From Octopus sinensis (Eukaryota): 64,000 nt of DNA. The stretch spans positions 1,364,001-1,428,000 of the forward strand of contig NC_043016.1 in assembly GCF_006345805.1 (NCBI RefSeq), read 5' to 3'. Shown here one piece after another: positions 24,858 to 37,543 of the stretch. Below the pieces are notes generated by a model. The model was not told the DNA's origin, ran no database searches, and was given only the letters and a program-made list of their open reading frames with translations. The number at the start of each line of letters is the position of its first letter. Position 1 is the first letter of the stretch. The position numbers and the translations under genes are program-made.

Positions 24858-25073
24858 ATGTGACAATTATTCGGTAGCCATGATAAAACTCCGTGTTTCG
24901 GATGCCGAGGTGGAAATCCACGCCACCATCTCTTCAGCATTTCAAAATGCTATGAAAAAATTTTTTCATACCATTTTCCTGATGGCCAGATAACTGAAGA
25001 GATGGTGGCGTGGATTTCCAACTCGGCATCCGAAACTCGGAGTTTTATCATGGCTACCGAATAATTGTCACAT
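24858..25073. mobile_element. Fold-back element (80-bp arms) containing a hammerhead motif
   Basis: 24858-24937 vs the reverse complement of 24994-25073, near-identical; flanked by (TA)n and (TACA)n. Confidence 0.8.
24985..25054 (+). ncRNA. Type I hammerhead ribozyme motif
   Basis: Stem I GCCA-GAUAA / UUAUC-A-UGGC; CUGAAGA (24994-25000); stem II GAUG/CAUC plus one extra C; GAAAC; stem III ACU/AGU; GUU triplet (25042-44). Confidence 0.65.
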
Positions 25074-25999
25074 ATTACATTTACAGATATATAATATTAC
25101 ATACATACATATATATATACATACATACATGCATCCATACATACATACATACATACATACATACATACATACATACATACATACATACATACATACATAC
25201 AAATATATATACATACTAAAAGGGTCATTAGCTTTCAACTACTCTCTATCCCACATGTCTCCTCTTGTCCAGCTTATCTCATTTTGTCTTTCTATATTCT
25301 TTTATGCATTTATCTGTTTCAGTCATTTGACAGCCACCATTTTTAGGTGTTTTAGTCGAAGAATGGACCCCAGGACTCATTCTTTGTTAGCTTAGTACCT
25401 ATTCAATACTTAAGTTTACGTTTTACTTCCTGTTTTAAGTTGGGAAAGAGTACGTTTCACGTATGATTATTGAAATTCATAATCTTTGTGGAACAACTTT
25501 TGGCGACGCAGACCACAGTTTTAGTCGGAATCTACTGTATATATTTGGTGCGATGTTTTATTTTTTCGCGCTTAGCGAACGGAAATACCAGTAGGAATGA
25601 GTGCTCTCCAGAATACCATGGCGAAAGGGGAGGAAGGTATCATCATATCTGAGACCTGGTCCTACTGCTCGAAGCAGTGGACTCCATTAAAGTCATTCAA
25701 TGTGTTAGATTGTGGAAACGTTAAATTGGGCGATGAGTTAATAAATCTCATACATAAGTAAGATACGGATAGATTTGAACATAAGACATGAAGAACTGAC
25801 ACGGGTACCACAAGCTATCTCGTCTAGTGCTGTAACGATTCTACATGACCACCACTCTGTATTAATACTTTATTTATCAATCTTGGAAGAATGGAAAATA
25901 TCAATCTTTGGGATATGAGCTAAAAATGCAAAGCGCAGAAATATAACGCTTCTAACTATTTTCCGCCTATTGCTTGCTTGATTGTTTGCTTACTTCCTT

Positions 26000-26245
26000 T
26001 GCTTGTTGGGGCAGGCGTCATCCTAAATTAGGGGACTCAGAAACGTCATCCTGCGTAAAGCCGACCAGGTCCACCAGGGCTCTCCCTCTCTGACGGTCCC
26101 GTGCCAACACTTCCGCGTCCTCCAAAGTAACATTGAGCCTCTGGAAGTCATCTTTAATGACGTCCAGCCATCTGATGCAGAGCCTGTCACGAAGCCTCCC
26201 AGTCCGTAGCTGCGGCGTCAAATGAGAGTAAAGCTCGGGTAGGAT
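26000..26245 (-). mobile_element. 3' fragment of an RTE-clade LINE
   Basis: GRLRDRLCIRWLDVIKDDF...LEDAEVLARDRQR.RALV resembles the RTE C-terminus; same family as 60735-61135. Confidence 0.7.
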
Positions 26246-26254
26246 AATCTATCA

Positions 26255-26658
<404 letters not shown>

Positions 26659-26857
26659 GACGGACGTGTTGTCACCTCGGCTCCGAAGGTAATCATTTAT
26701 TTTGACTATTTATAGCCCAATTTTTGTGTACATTTTTGTAAATAAGGTGTGTAAGGCACCCAACTTTCGTTTGAGTGCTTTTCGAAGGGAGGAATTCGCC
26801 CCTAGGGGCAGTTTCAACCCTATTTAATTTGTGTATTTTTTTCTCGACATTTCGAAA

Positions 26858-29070
26858 ATGTCGAGAAATTGTATTGTAGAACGCTGGTCGCGTTCCTTTA
26901 TCGACCAACATTCTCCTAGTTTGGAAACGCTAGGAGAAGAAAAAAAGAACTCATGCACGTAAAGTGCAAACCTAAATGACGTGGCAGTGAACGCTGCAAC
27001 CACTTGCGATAACAGCACTGTCACCACCACCACTAACAACAACAACAACAAGACTACTACTGCTACCACCACAGCCTCCACCACCACCACCACCGCCACC
27101 TCATCTACTACCTCAACTACCAACAACAACAACAATAACAATGACAACAAGAATAATAACATTTGCGCCACCATTTCGACATCTGCTGCCACGGCTGTCT
27201 CTTCTGCCACTGACACCACCGCCAACAACAATAGCAACAACAACAATCCCGTTCAGACCTTGTCTCCTCCAACAACAAGAACTGAAGGGAATAAACAAAA
27301 GACTGTGACCACCAAACAAATTGACAAAAGCTGCTTGAATACAGGGATAAACTATGCAAGTAATTTTTCACCCCTTCCTACTTGCACAATCAAACCAAAT
27401 ACACCGATTTTACCAACTGCAGCCAACAACAACATCACCACCAGCAAAAACAATAACAAAACAACAACAAATTTCGACGAGGAGATAAAAGAAAAAAAGA
27501 CAACAGTATATTTTACTGCACAACAAATAAAAGACACGAACATTTTAATAACAGAAGTAGATGGTATAGTAAAAATAAACATACCACAAGAAATATTAGA
27601 AGATGAAAAAAAAAGAACAATTATATATAAAATAATTAATAAGAAAACAAAAAATCCAGAGAAGGCTAACACAAGCAAAATCGAAAAATGCTTGAAACCC
27701 ATCTGGAACTACAAAGAGTATGTGACCTGGTGGAACAAGTTCGCACACATACAAGTGGTCTTCTACACTGAAGAGTTGGCAAGACGTTTCTCAACGCTAA
27801 CTCTTCATTCGGATGAACTTCAACTAACACCATGCTATCGTGGACAGAAAGTGACTAAGATCACTTTAAACAATGTCCCAAAAATAGCTAACAATCTATG
27901 GCTAGTAAAGGCCTTATGTGTGAAAATGGAAGATTTCACAATTTTAGAAACCACGGTCACGGAGCACAAAAACTGGGTGGGAAAAAAAGTAGAATTTCTA
28001 CTACGTATAATACAAGAGGACATAAAGAAAATACCCACCCAGATATGTGTATCAGAAGACCACAAGTTGTATGTGGTCGTCGATGGCAGAAGACCACGTT
28101 GCTACATATGCGGCAGTGAGCAACACCTAAAAAATGATTGCAAATCTGCCGCAAGAAAACAACAGCAACAACAACAGCAGCCGAAAAAAAAAAAAACAAT
28201 AAACAGCTTTACTACCCACACCACGTTTTGCACGAACAGGACTAATCACAGAAAATCAACAAAAAACAAACCTCACCAACCAAACAACCACACCAACTGC
28301 ACCAAGAACAGAAGCAACACCACCAACAACAACAACCAAGAATAAACAAACTCCCAAACCAAGGACATCTGCCAAAAAGACACTCATCGAAAATGAAGAA
28401 ACAATTACTACTCCAAATCCCCACAAAATTGATACCCCAAACAACACAACAATACCTACAATCACTCAAACACAAAATACCCACACCCCACCTCCAAAAC
28501 CGCATACACCACAACCTGACCCTCACCAACCAACACCAACAACAAAATCAACACAGTCTACAATAGACCCCAATATTTTCCCTCTTCCAAGCTCTGATTC
28601 TTCTGATTTGTCATTAGACGAAGAAGACACAGAAGATTGGCAAATATCCACAGGGGGGAGGGGAAAAAGGGGAAAAAAAGAAAAGAAAAGATAACAAACA
28701 AAGCAGGAAGATTCACCACTCCCGAAACAAAAACATCCCCAGAAAACAAACACATCAACACAAACACACCATCATCAAACCCCCCAACAATGTTGACAGC
28801 CATAAACACAAACAACCACGACCTAATGGAACACATTAGGTCAAACAGCAACATAACTGAAAACGACATAAAAACAAGTAACCACCCACGCACAACACCA
28901 CCACAACACATTAAAATAATACACGTAACACAGAACACATACAGCACCTGAAATCTCTTTACCCTGATGCAGTAGGGAGATTTCAAAAGTATTCATCAAA
29001 GAAACTATACAAAAACCTCATGGAAGAATACTGTGAGGTGAAAAACAAAGGACTTTCGGACAACAAGTAA
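26858..29070 (+). pseudogene. Tx1-like ORF1 (gag-like, CCHC zinc knuckle), frameshifted
   Basis: CYICGSEQHLKNDC knuckle; Thr/Asn low-complexity N-terminus; colinear with ORF1 of copy B. Confidence 0.85.
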
Positions 29071-29136
29071 CCTTTTCTCTCTCTCTTTCCTTTTTTGCAC
29101 TTTCTTTTCGTGTGTAAAACACAATTTTATCGGAAC

Positions 29137-32100
29137 ATGCTCAGAATAGGCAGTATAAATGTACGTGGCTTGGGGTCGCCTTGGAAATAAGGCTACCTGT
29201 TAAATGACATCAAGTCACTAAATCTGAATATCATAGCCATCAGTGAGACCAGACTCCATAGCTTGCGGGCACTCCAGCACAGTTTCTGTACACATTTCAA
29301 CATTTATTTTTCTCCGTGTCTACCGAGAATGGGCGGAGGTGGCACCGCGGTGCTTCTCCAGAAGAGTCTGGATCTCAAAGTAAGAGCAATTTTCCTAGAC
29401 CCGGAGGGTAGGCTGGTCGTTTTGGATGTCGATGGCAGCAATGAGTGTGCTTTTCGACTGATAACAGTTTATGCTCCGTCCTTGACAGGCCGACCAGATT
29501 TCTTTCGACGTCTAGAGTCTTTCATGGGAACGTCTCGTCCTTTACTTTTAGTGGGGGATTGGAATGCCACCCTGGACACGCATCTAGACTACGTGGGCAG
29601 AGATAGCAATAGAAGGGGATGCAAATGCCTCAAAGACCTGCTCAGACGTTTCCAACTGTCTGACAGGTACCGACTGGACCACCCGAATGTGCCAATGTGG
29701 ACATGGAGTAACCGCATCGGGTCGTCCAGATCATACTAGAGTATTCTGCAGGACAATAGATAAAAATAGTGTAGGTTGTCCACAATTTCATATAGTCAGT
29801 TACACAGATCACAAGTTTGTGACTTGTACACTTGACTTAGATAAGACACATAGGCAGGGTCCTGGTTACTGGAAACTGAACGCGTCTTTTACAGCACGAC
29901 AGGTTTACAGGGACCGGATCAGCACATTAGTTAAGAGAGCTTTGACGGGTACCATCATCAACAACAGATGGTGGTATGCCCTAAAAAAAGCAATTAAAGC
30001 AGAATCAGTCAGATACAGTAAAGCCCTAGCATTAGACCGAAATAGAATAGAGGGAGAATTAGTTAAGGTTTTAGAAGAGGCATTTAGAACTGGCATCGCG
30101 TCCACGTGCTGGCGGTGAGATTGGCCCTCGACCAACACCTCAACGCCAAACGTGAGGGATGCGTTGTCAGAGCTAGGATGCGTGCTCTGAGGAACGAAGG
30201 AGTTGGAGCCGCCCAAGAGGCCCGAGTGGTGGAGACGCAACGAGGCAACAGAGCCACCATCAAGTCTCTTATAGATGAACAGGGGCGCGAATTGCTTGAG
30301 CCTAAAAGGAGGTGTGGGGCTTTTCAACAACACTTCACCCAACTGTTTGGGACAAGTGGTGGGTCAGAACGCGGAGTGGACTTTAGTGCCTACCTGCATG
30401 CCTTGCCACGACTCTCAGCAAGAGAGGTGGAGTCTTGTGAAAGGCCTATCACAGCTGCGGACGTACAGGATGCGATGGCAGGCTGCGCGAGAGACAAGTC
30501 ACCAGGCTTGGATGGTCTGCCCTACGAACTTTATTTTCATATGCCAGACTTGTTTGGATGCGTCTTGGCAGCTGTCTACTGCAACTGGTAGCAAAACGGG
30601 AGTAGTCCTGCTTTTGTAAAGCGAGGAGCAGTGGCACTGATTAAGAAAGACCCAAACAAGGGGGACGTCATAGATCATTTCAGGCCCATCACTCTGCTCA
30701 ACGCAGATTTCAAAATTTTGGCCAAGGTATTAGCCGAGAGGTTGGCGCTTGTCATCAAGAAACTAATCGACAAGGCGCAAACATGCGCCGTGCCGGGTAG
30801 AAGTATTCATGACAACCTCCATCTGATGCGCTATATTATAGACAGGGTAGTTAAGAATCCTGGCATGGGTGGGGCGCTGATCAATTTGGATCAATCAAAA
30901 GCTTTCGATAGGGTAGACCATCACTACTTGGAGGCTGTCCTTAAAGCGGCTGGTTTCGGTCCAGTTTTCCGCGGTTGGATCGCTGCCTTATACAGCGGCA
31001 TCAGCTCAGTAGTTCGCGTAAATGGTCATCTATCCAGACCTTTTAACATCATGCGTTCGGTTCGTCAGGGATGTCCCCTCTCATCGCTGCTGTATGTATT
31101 GACTCTTGAGCCACTACTGCGGAAACTAACGACGCTGAGGGGCATCCCACGAAAGCTGGGATGCGGGAGGAGCGTGTCTGCATACGCGGATGACGTCACC
31201 ATCATAGTGTCGAACTACGAGCACATCGAGCTGGTCGGCGAGACACTAAAAGAATAAGAAGCGGTAACGGGAGCAAAAATTAACCGGGAAAAGTCAGTGG
31301 GCTTGCGGTTCGGCACCTGGAGAAGCAGGCCCATGCCGTCCAACAGCGTCTCCATCGTGGGACGCTGGACGGACGGACCGGTTAAATTGCTCGGGGTCTG
31401 GTTCGGTCCGGACCTCCAAATGGAGAAGAACTGGGGCGAGATAACGACTAGTGTGGCTACCTTCACCCAGAAATGGGCTGAGAGAAATCTATCCCTAAAA
31501 GGTCGGGCGGAGGTGGCGAACGCGTACCCGCATCCGTCATCGAGTATCGTCTGACCGTCGTGCCTTGTCCCGACCCTACCATCACCAAACTGGAATGTAT
31601 ACGCTTCCGCTTCTTGTGGAAGGGAAACGTTCCGACGGTTAGGCGATCCATTTGCTGTCAACACCCGCTAAATGGAGGGCTGGACATGCCGTGGTTGATG
31701 ATGCGCAGACATGCGCTGAGACTGCGACATCTCCGGCGCTTCATAGACGACGGTGAACAGTTGTGGTCGCCTTTTGTGCGGCGCGCTTTCCCGCAGCTCG
31801 TCTCCTTGGACGAACTACAGTCATGGATCAAGCAGAGACCGAGGCTAGGCGAATGGCACCGTGAGTGTCGCGTTGCTCTCAACCAACCCTGCCGTCCGGG
31901 ATCGAGCTTGTGCGACTCCATCACAACAAAGGCATTCTATAGAGGATTAGTAGAGGGGAGGTGCGACGACGAACTCGGGCAGAGTCTGGGCGTCGACGAG
32001 GAACACCTGACCCGCCTGTTCAGGACAACTTTCGGGCCGGGACCTATGAACAATCACCAAAGATCCTTGGCCTGGCAGTGCTATGGAGAAGCATTACCTG

Positions 32101-32567
32101 TTCGGGATAAGCTCTACAGACACGGTTTCAGACACACTGGACCGACTTGCCCGAGATGCGGTCAGAGCGACGAAACCGTTCTGCACGCACTCGTGCAATG
32201 TCCAACCATTTCAGACCTGTGGGCTTATGCCGAACGGCTGCTGTCACGTGTGGGACGAATCCGCCTATCGGCCGAGTCTGTCGTGTGAATGGCTCCGCCC
32301 CCTTCCCTCAACCGGGAAGGCAAGGCAGTTTTCATCGTACTGGTGGCCATGGTGAAAGAATGTGTGTGGTGGACCCGAGCGAAAGGATTAGAGACAAACA
32401 CTTACCTCTCTGGCCAGTCGCTCATCAACTTTTTCAAGTACCACTTGAAAAGGAAGGTGATAATGGAGAGGGAAGTTTTGTCTCGCGAAAGATTCAAAAA
32501 AAGATGGGTGAATGTTGCAAAGATGGTGCGTGCGAGTGACGAAACTATTTTGAGCATGATCCTGTAG
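29137..32567 (+). pseudogene. Tx1-like ORF2 (APE endonuclease + RT + C-terminal zinc motif), disrupted
   Basis: GSINVRGL, GDWNA, YTDHK, KSPGLDGLP, FRPITLLNAD, DQSKAFDRV, VRQGCPLS, YADD, CPRC...ETVLHALVQCP. Confidence 0.93.
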
Positions 32568-32863
32568 ATCGTGAAAAAGAAAGAAAGTGAGCATTTTGAT
32601 CTCATGTGGTTATTTCCTCCCTGACCGAGGTTCCCGTGGTCTTTTCTGTAGGCTTTTCTTCCCACGGATGAACCCAATCTTGTTTTATCAATGTTTTTAT
32701 TATTATTTCTGTGATACACGATTTCTTTTCTTTTTTTCCTCCTCTCGATCCCTTTTGATCGCAATCTTACATTTATTTTCTTTTTTTCCACCCTCGAAAA
32801 GAAAAGCTCTGCATATGTATTTGTCCCCTCTGTATTCAGCCCTGTGTGGCTAATAAAAGAAAG

Positions 32864-32874
32864 TTATCTATCAA

Positions 32875-32907
<33 letters not shown>

Positions 32908-32920
32908 TCATCTATCTATC
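32864..32920. repeat. (TATC)/(TGTC) spacer between tandem Tx1 copies
   Basis: Direct reading of the sequence. Confidence 0.9.
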
Positions 32921-35900
32921 TCGATCGAAAGTATTCACTGACAGACCGGCTCCTAAGTCAAAACCTTTTTTTATTGTGTTTTTGAAAAAGTTTCGTGTCA
33001 AATTTTGCACATGGAGTGTGTAAGACACCCAGCTTTCGTCTGGGTGGGTTTTTCCGGAGGGGATTTTGCCCCTAGGGGCAATTTCAGCCTCGATTATATA
33101 TCAAAATTTTTGATTAATAGCTTGTTTTCACACAATGTCGCCGAAGCGTTCCTCATAACGCGTAGACGCTGTTCTTTCTCTCTCGTTTGCATCCATTTGT
33201 TTGCACTTTACATTTTCGGAGTTTTTCAACTTTTCAAACGCCCAACTTTCGTTTGGGTGTTTTTCAAATGTAGAATTCGCCCCTTGGGGCATTTTCATCA
33301 ATTGATTTTTATTTTTCTAAAAAAAAAATGTCGAGAAATTTTATCGTAGAACAATATTCTACGATTTTTTCTAAAGAGGATTTCCCTGTTTTGGAAAAGA
33401 CAGTCAACAAAGACGCTGATATAAAGAAAAATAAAACTGAAATCAACACCACCACCACCACCAACATCAAAGCTACCATATCTGATAGAAATAACACTGA
33501 CACAACAACCGTTAACAACAACAACAACAAAAATGAAGTAAATATAAATGTCCAGAATGTAACGATATCTGCTGCCACGGCTGTCGCTTTTGCCACTGAC
33601 ACCACCGCCAACTCCAACAACAATAACAACAATAACAACAACAACAATTCCTTTCAGACCTTGTTTCCTCCAACACCAAGAACTGAAGGAGAGAGACAAA
33701 AGACCGCGACCACCAAACGAATTGCCGAAAGCTACTCAAACGCAGGGACAAATTATGCAAGCAATTTTCCACCCCTTCCTACTTGCACAATCAAACATCA
33801 GACACCAAATACACCGAATTTACCAACTGCAGCCAACAACATCACCACCAGCAACAACAATAACAAAACAACAAATTTCGCCGAGGCGATAAAAGAAAAA
33901 AAGACAACAGTATCTTTTACTGCACAACAGATAAAAGATACCAAAACTTTAATAACTAAAGAAAATGGCAAAGTAAAAATAAACATACCACAACAAATAC
34001 TAGAAAATGAAAAAAAGAAAACCATTATATATAAAATAATCAACAACAAAACAAAAGTCCAGAAAAGGCGAACACAAACAAAATCGAAAAATGCTTGTAA
34101 CCTATCTGGAATTTCAAAGAATATGTGACCTGGTGGAACAAATTTGCGCACATACAAGTAGTTTTCCACACTGAAGAGTTAGCAAAACGACTCTCAACGC
34201 TATCTCTTCATTCGGATGAACTCACTATGATACCTAGCTACCATGGACAGAGAGTAACTAAGGTCATATTAAACAATGTTCCACAAATAGCGGACACTCT
34301 ATGGCTAACATCGGCCATATGTGTGGAAATGAACGATTTTAACATGCTACAAACTACGGTCACTGAACACAAAAACTGGGTGGGAAAAAGAGTAGAAATT
34401 CTGCTACACATCGACCAAGATGCCATCAACAAAATACCCACCCAGATATATATATCAGAAGACCACATATGCGACAGTGAGCAACATCTAAAAAAAGACT
34501 ACAAATCTGCCGCAAGAAAACAGCAGCAACAACAACAGCAGCCGGAAAAAACAAAAAAGCCAGCTTTATTACCCACACGACAGTTTGCACGAACAATAAA
34601 AGAACCGGTCAAAGAAAATCAACAAGAAACAAACCTACCCAACCAAACAACATCAACAGCGACAACAAAAGAGAAACCAACTCCCAAACCAAGAACATCT
34701 ACCAAAAAGACAAGCATCGAAAATAAAGAAGCAATTACTATTCCAAATGCCCCAAAACACACACCCCAAACACCACAACAATACCAACAAAAACACAAAC
34801 ACAAAATACCCACACATCACCTCCAAAACCCATACACCACACCCTAACGCTCACCAACCAACACCAACAACAAAGTCAGCACAGCCAAAAATAGACCGGA
34901 ATACTTTTCCCCTCCCACTCTCTGATTCCTCTGACATGTCATTAGATGAAGAAGACACAAAGGATTGGCAAATAGCCACAGGGGGAAGGGGAAAAGGGGA
35001 AAAAAAGAATAGAAAAGCTAACAAACAAAGCAGGAAGATTCACCACTCCCGAAACAAAAACATCCACAGAAAACGAACACATCAACACAAACACACTATC
35101 ACCAAACCCCCCGACAATGTTGACAGCCATAAATACAAACAATCACGACCTAATGGAATACATTAGGTCAAACACCGACATAACTGAAAACGATACAAAA
35201 ACAAATAACCACCCACGCACAACACCACCACAACACATTAAAATAATACACGTAACACAGAACACACACAGTACCCTGAAATCTATCTACCCTGATGCAG
35301 TTGGGAGCTTTCAAAAATATTTATCAAAGAAACTTTATAAAAACCTCATGGCAGAAGACTGTGAAGTGAAAAACAAAGGACTTTCGGACAATAAGTAACC
35401 TTTCTCTCTCTCTTTTTTCTCATCTTCTTTTCGTGTGTAAAACACAATTTTTTATAGGAACATGCTCAAAATAGGCAGTATAAATGTACGTGGCTTGGGG
35501 TCGCCTTGGAAACAAGGCTACCTGTTAAACGACATCAAGTCACTAAATCTGCATATCATAGCCATCAGTAAGACCAGACACCGCAGCTCGTGGGCACTCC
35601 AGCACATGTTCGGCACACATTTCAACATTTATTTTTCTCCGTGTCTACCGAGAATGGGCGGAGGTGGCACCGCGGTGCTTCTCCGGAAGAGTCTGGATCT
35701 CAAAGTAAGAGCAATTTTCCTAGACCCGGAGGGTAGGCTGGTCGTTTTGGATGTCGATGGCAGCAATGAGTTTGCTTTTCGACTGATAACAGTTTATGCT
35801 CCGTCCTTAACAGGCCGACCAAATTACTTTCGACGTCTAGAGTCTTTCATGGGAACGTCTCGTCCTTTACTTTTAGTGGGGGATTGGAATGCCACCTGGA

Positions 35901-37543
35901 CACGCATCTAGACTACGTGGGAAGAGATAGCAATAGGAGGGGATGCAATTGCCTCAAAGACCTGCTCAGACGTTGCCAACTATCTGACAGGTGCCGACTG
36001 GACCACCCGAATGTGCCGATGTGGACATGGAGTAACCGCATCGGGTCGTCCAGATCGTACTTAGATAGAGTATTCTGCAGGACAATAGATAAAAATAGTG
36101 TAGGTTGTCCACAATTTCATATAGTCAGTTACACAGATCACAAGTCTGTGACTTGTACACTTGACTTAGATAAGACACATAGCAGAATCAATCGGGTACA
36201 GTAAAGCCCTAGATTTAGACCGAAATAGAATAGAGGGAGACTTAGTTAAGAGTTTAGAAGAGGCATTTAGAAATGGCATCGCGTCCAACGTACTGGCAGC
36301 GAGGTTGGCCCTCGACCAACACCTCAACGCCAAACACGAAGGATGCGTTGTCAGAGCTAGGATGCGTGCTCTGAGGAATGAAGGAGTTGGAGCCACCCAA
36401 GAATCCCGAGTGGTGGAGACACAAAGAGGCAACAGAGACACCATCAAGTCTCTTACAGATGAACAGGGGTGCGAATTGCTCGAGCCTAAAAGGATGTGTG
36501 AGGCTTTTCAACAACACTTCACCCAACTGTTTGGGACAAGTGGTGGGTCAGAACGCAGAGTAGACTTTAGTGCCTACCTGCATGCCTTGTCACGACTCTC
36601 AGCAAGGCGGAGTCTTGTGAAAGGCCTATCACAGCTGCGGACGTACAGGATGCGATGGCAGGCTGCGCGAGAGACAAGTCACCAGGCTTGGATGGTCTGC
36701 CCTACGAACTTTATTTTCATATGCCAGACTTGTTTGGATGCGTCTTGGCAGCTGTCTACTGCAACTGGCAGCAAAACGGGAGTATCCCTGCTTTTGTAAA
36801 GCAAGGAGCAGTGGCACTGACGAAGAAAGATCCAAACAAGGGGGACGTAATAGATAATTTCATCACTCTGCTCAACGCAGATTTCAAAATTTTGGCCAAG
36901 GTATTAGCCGAGAGGTTGGAGCTTGTCATCAAGAAACTAGTCGACAAGCATGCGCCGTGCCGGGTAGAAGTATTCATTGCAACCTCCATCTGATGCGCTA
37001 CATCATAGACAGGGTAGTCAAGAATCCTGGCATGGGTGGGGCGCTGATCAATTTGGATCAATCAAAAGCTTTCGATAGGGTAGACCATCACTACTTGGAG
37101 GCTGTCCTTAAAGCGGCTGGTTTCGGTCCAGTTTTCTGCGGTTGGATCGCTGCCTTATACAGCGGCATCCGCTCAGTAGTTCGCGTAAATGGTCATCTAT
37201 CCAGACCTTTTAACATCATGCGTTCGGTTCGTCAGGGATGTCCCCTCTCATCGCTGCTGTATGTATTGACTCTTGAGCCACTACTGCGGAAACTGGCACG
37301 CTGAGGGGCATCCCACGAGAGCTGGGATGCGGGAGGAGCGTGTCTGCATACGCGGACGATGTCACCATCATAGTGTCGAGCTACCAGCACATGGAGCTGG
37401 TCGGCGAGACACTAAAAGAATATGAAGCGGTAACGGGAGCAAAAATTAACCGGGAAAAGTCAGTAGGCTTGCGGCTCGGCACCTGGAGAAGCAGGCCCAT
37501 GCCGTCCAACAGCGTCTCCATTGTGGGACGCTGGACCGACGGA
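32921..37543 (+). mobile_element. Tx1-like LINE copy B (5' UTR, ORF1 33328-35398, ORF2 from 35462), 3' part missing
   Basis: Colinear with copy A up to ...IVGRWTDG, then switches abruptly. Confidence 0.9.

Larger units (their letters stand above)
26659..32863 (+). mobile_element. Full-length Tx1/L1-clade LINE, copy A
   Basis: 5' UTR, ORF1, APE-RT ORF2 and a 3' UTR ending AATAAAAGAAAG; (TATC)n on both sides. Confidence 0.92.
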
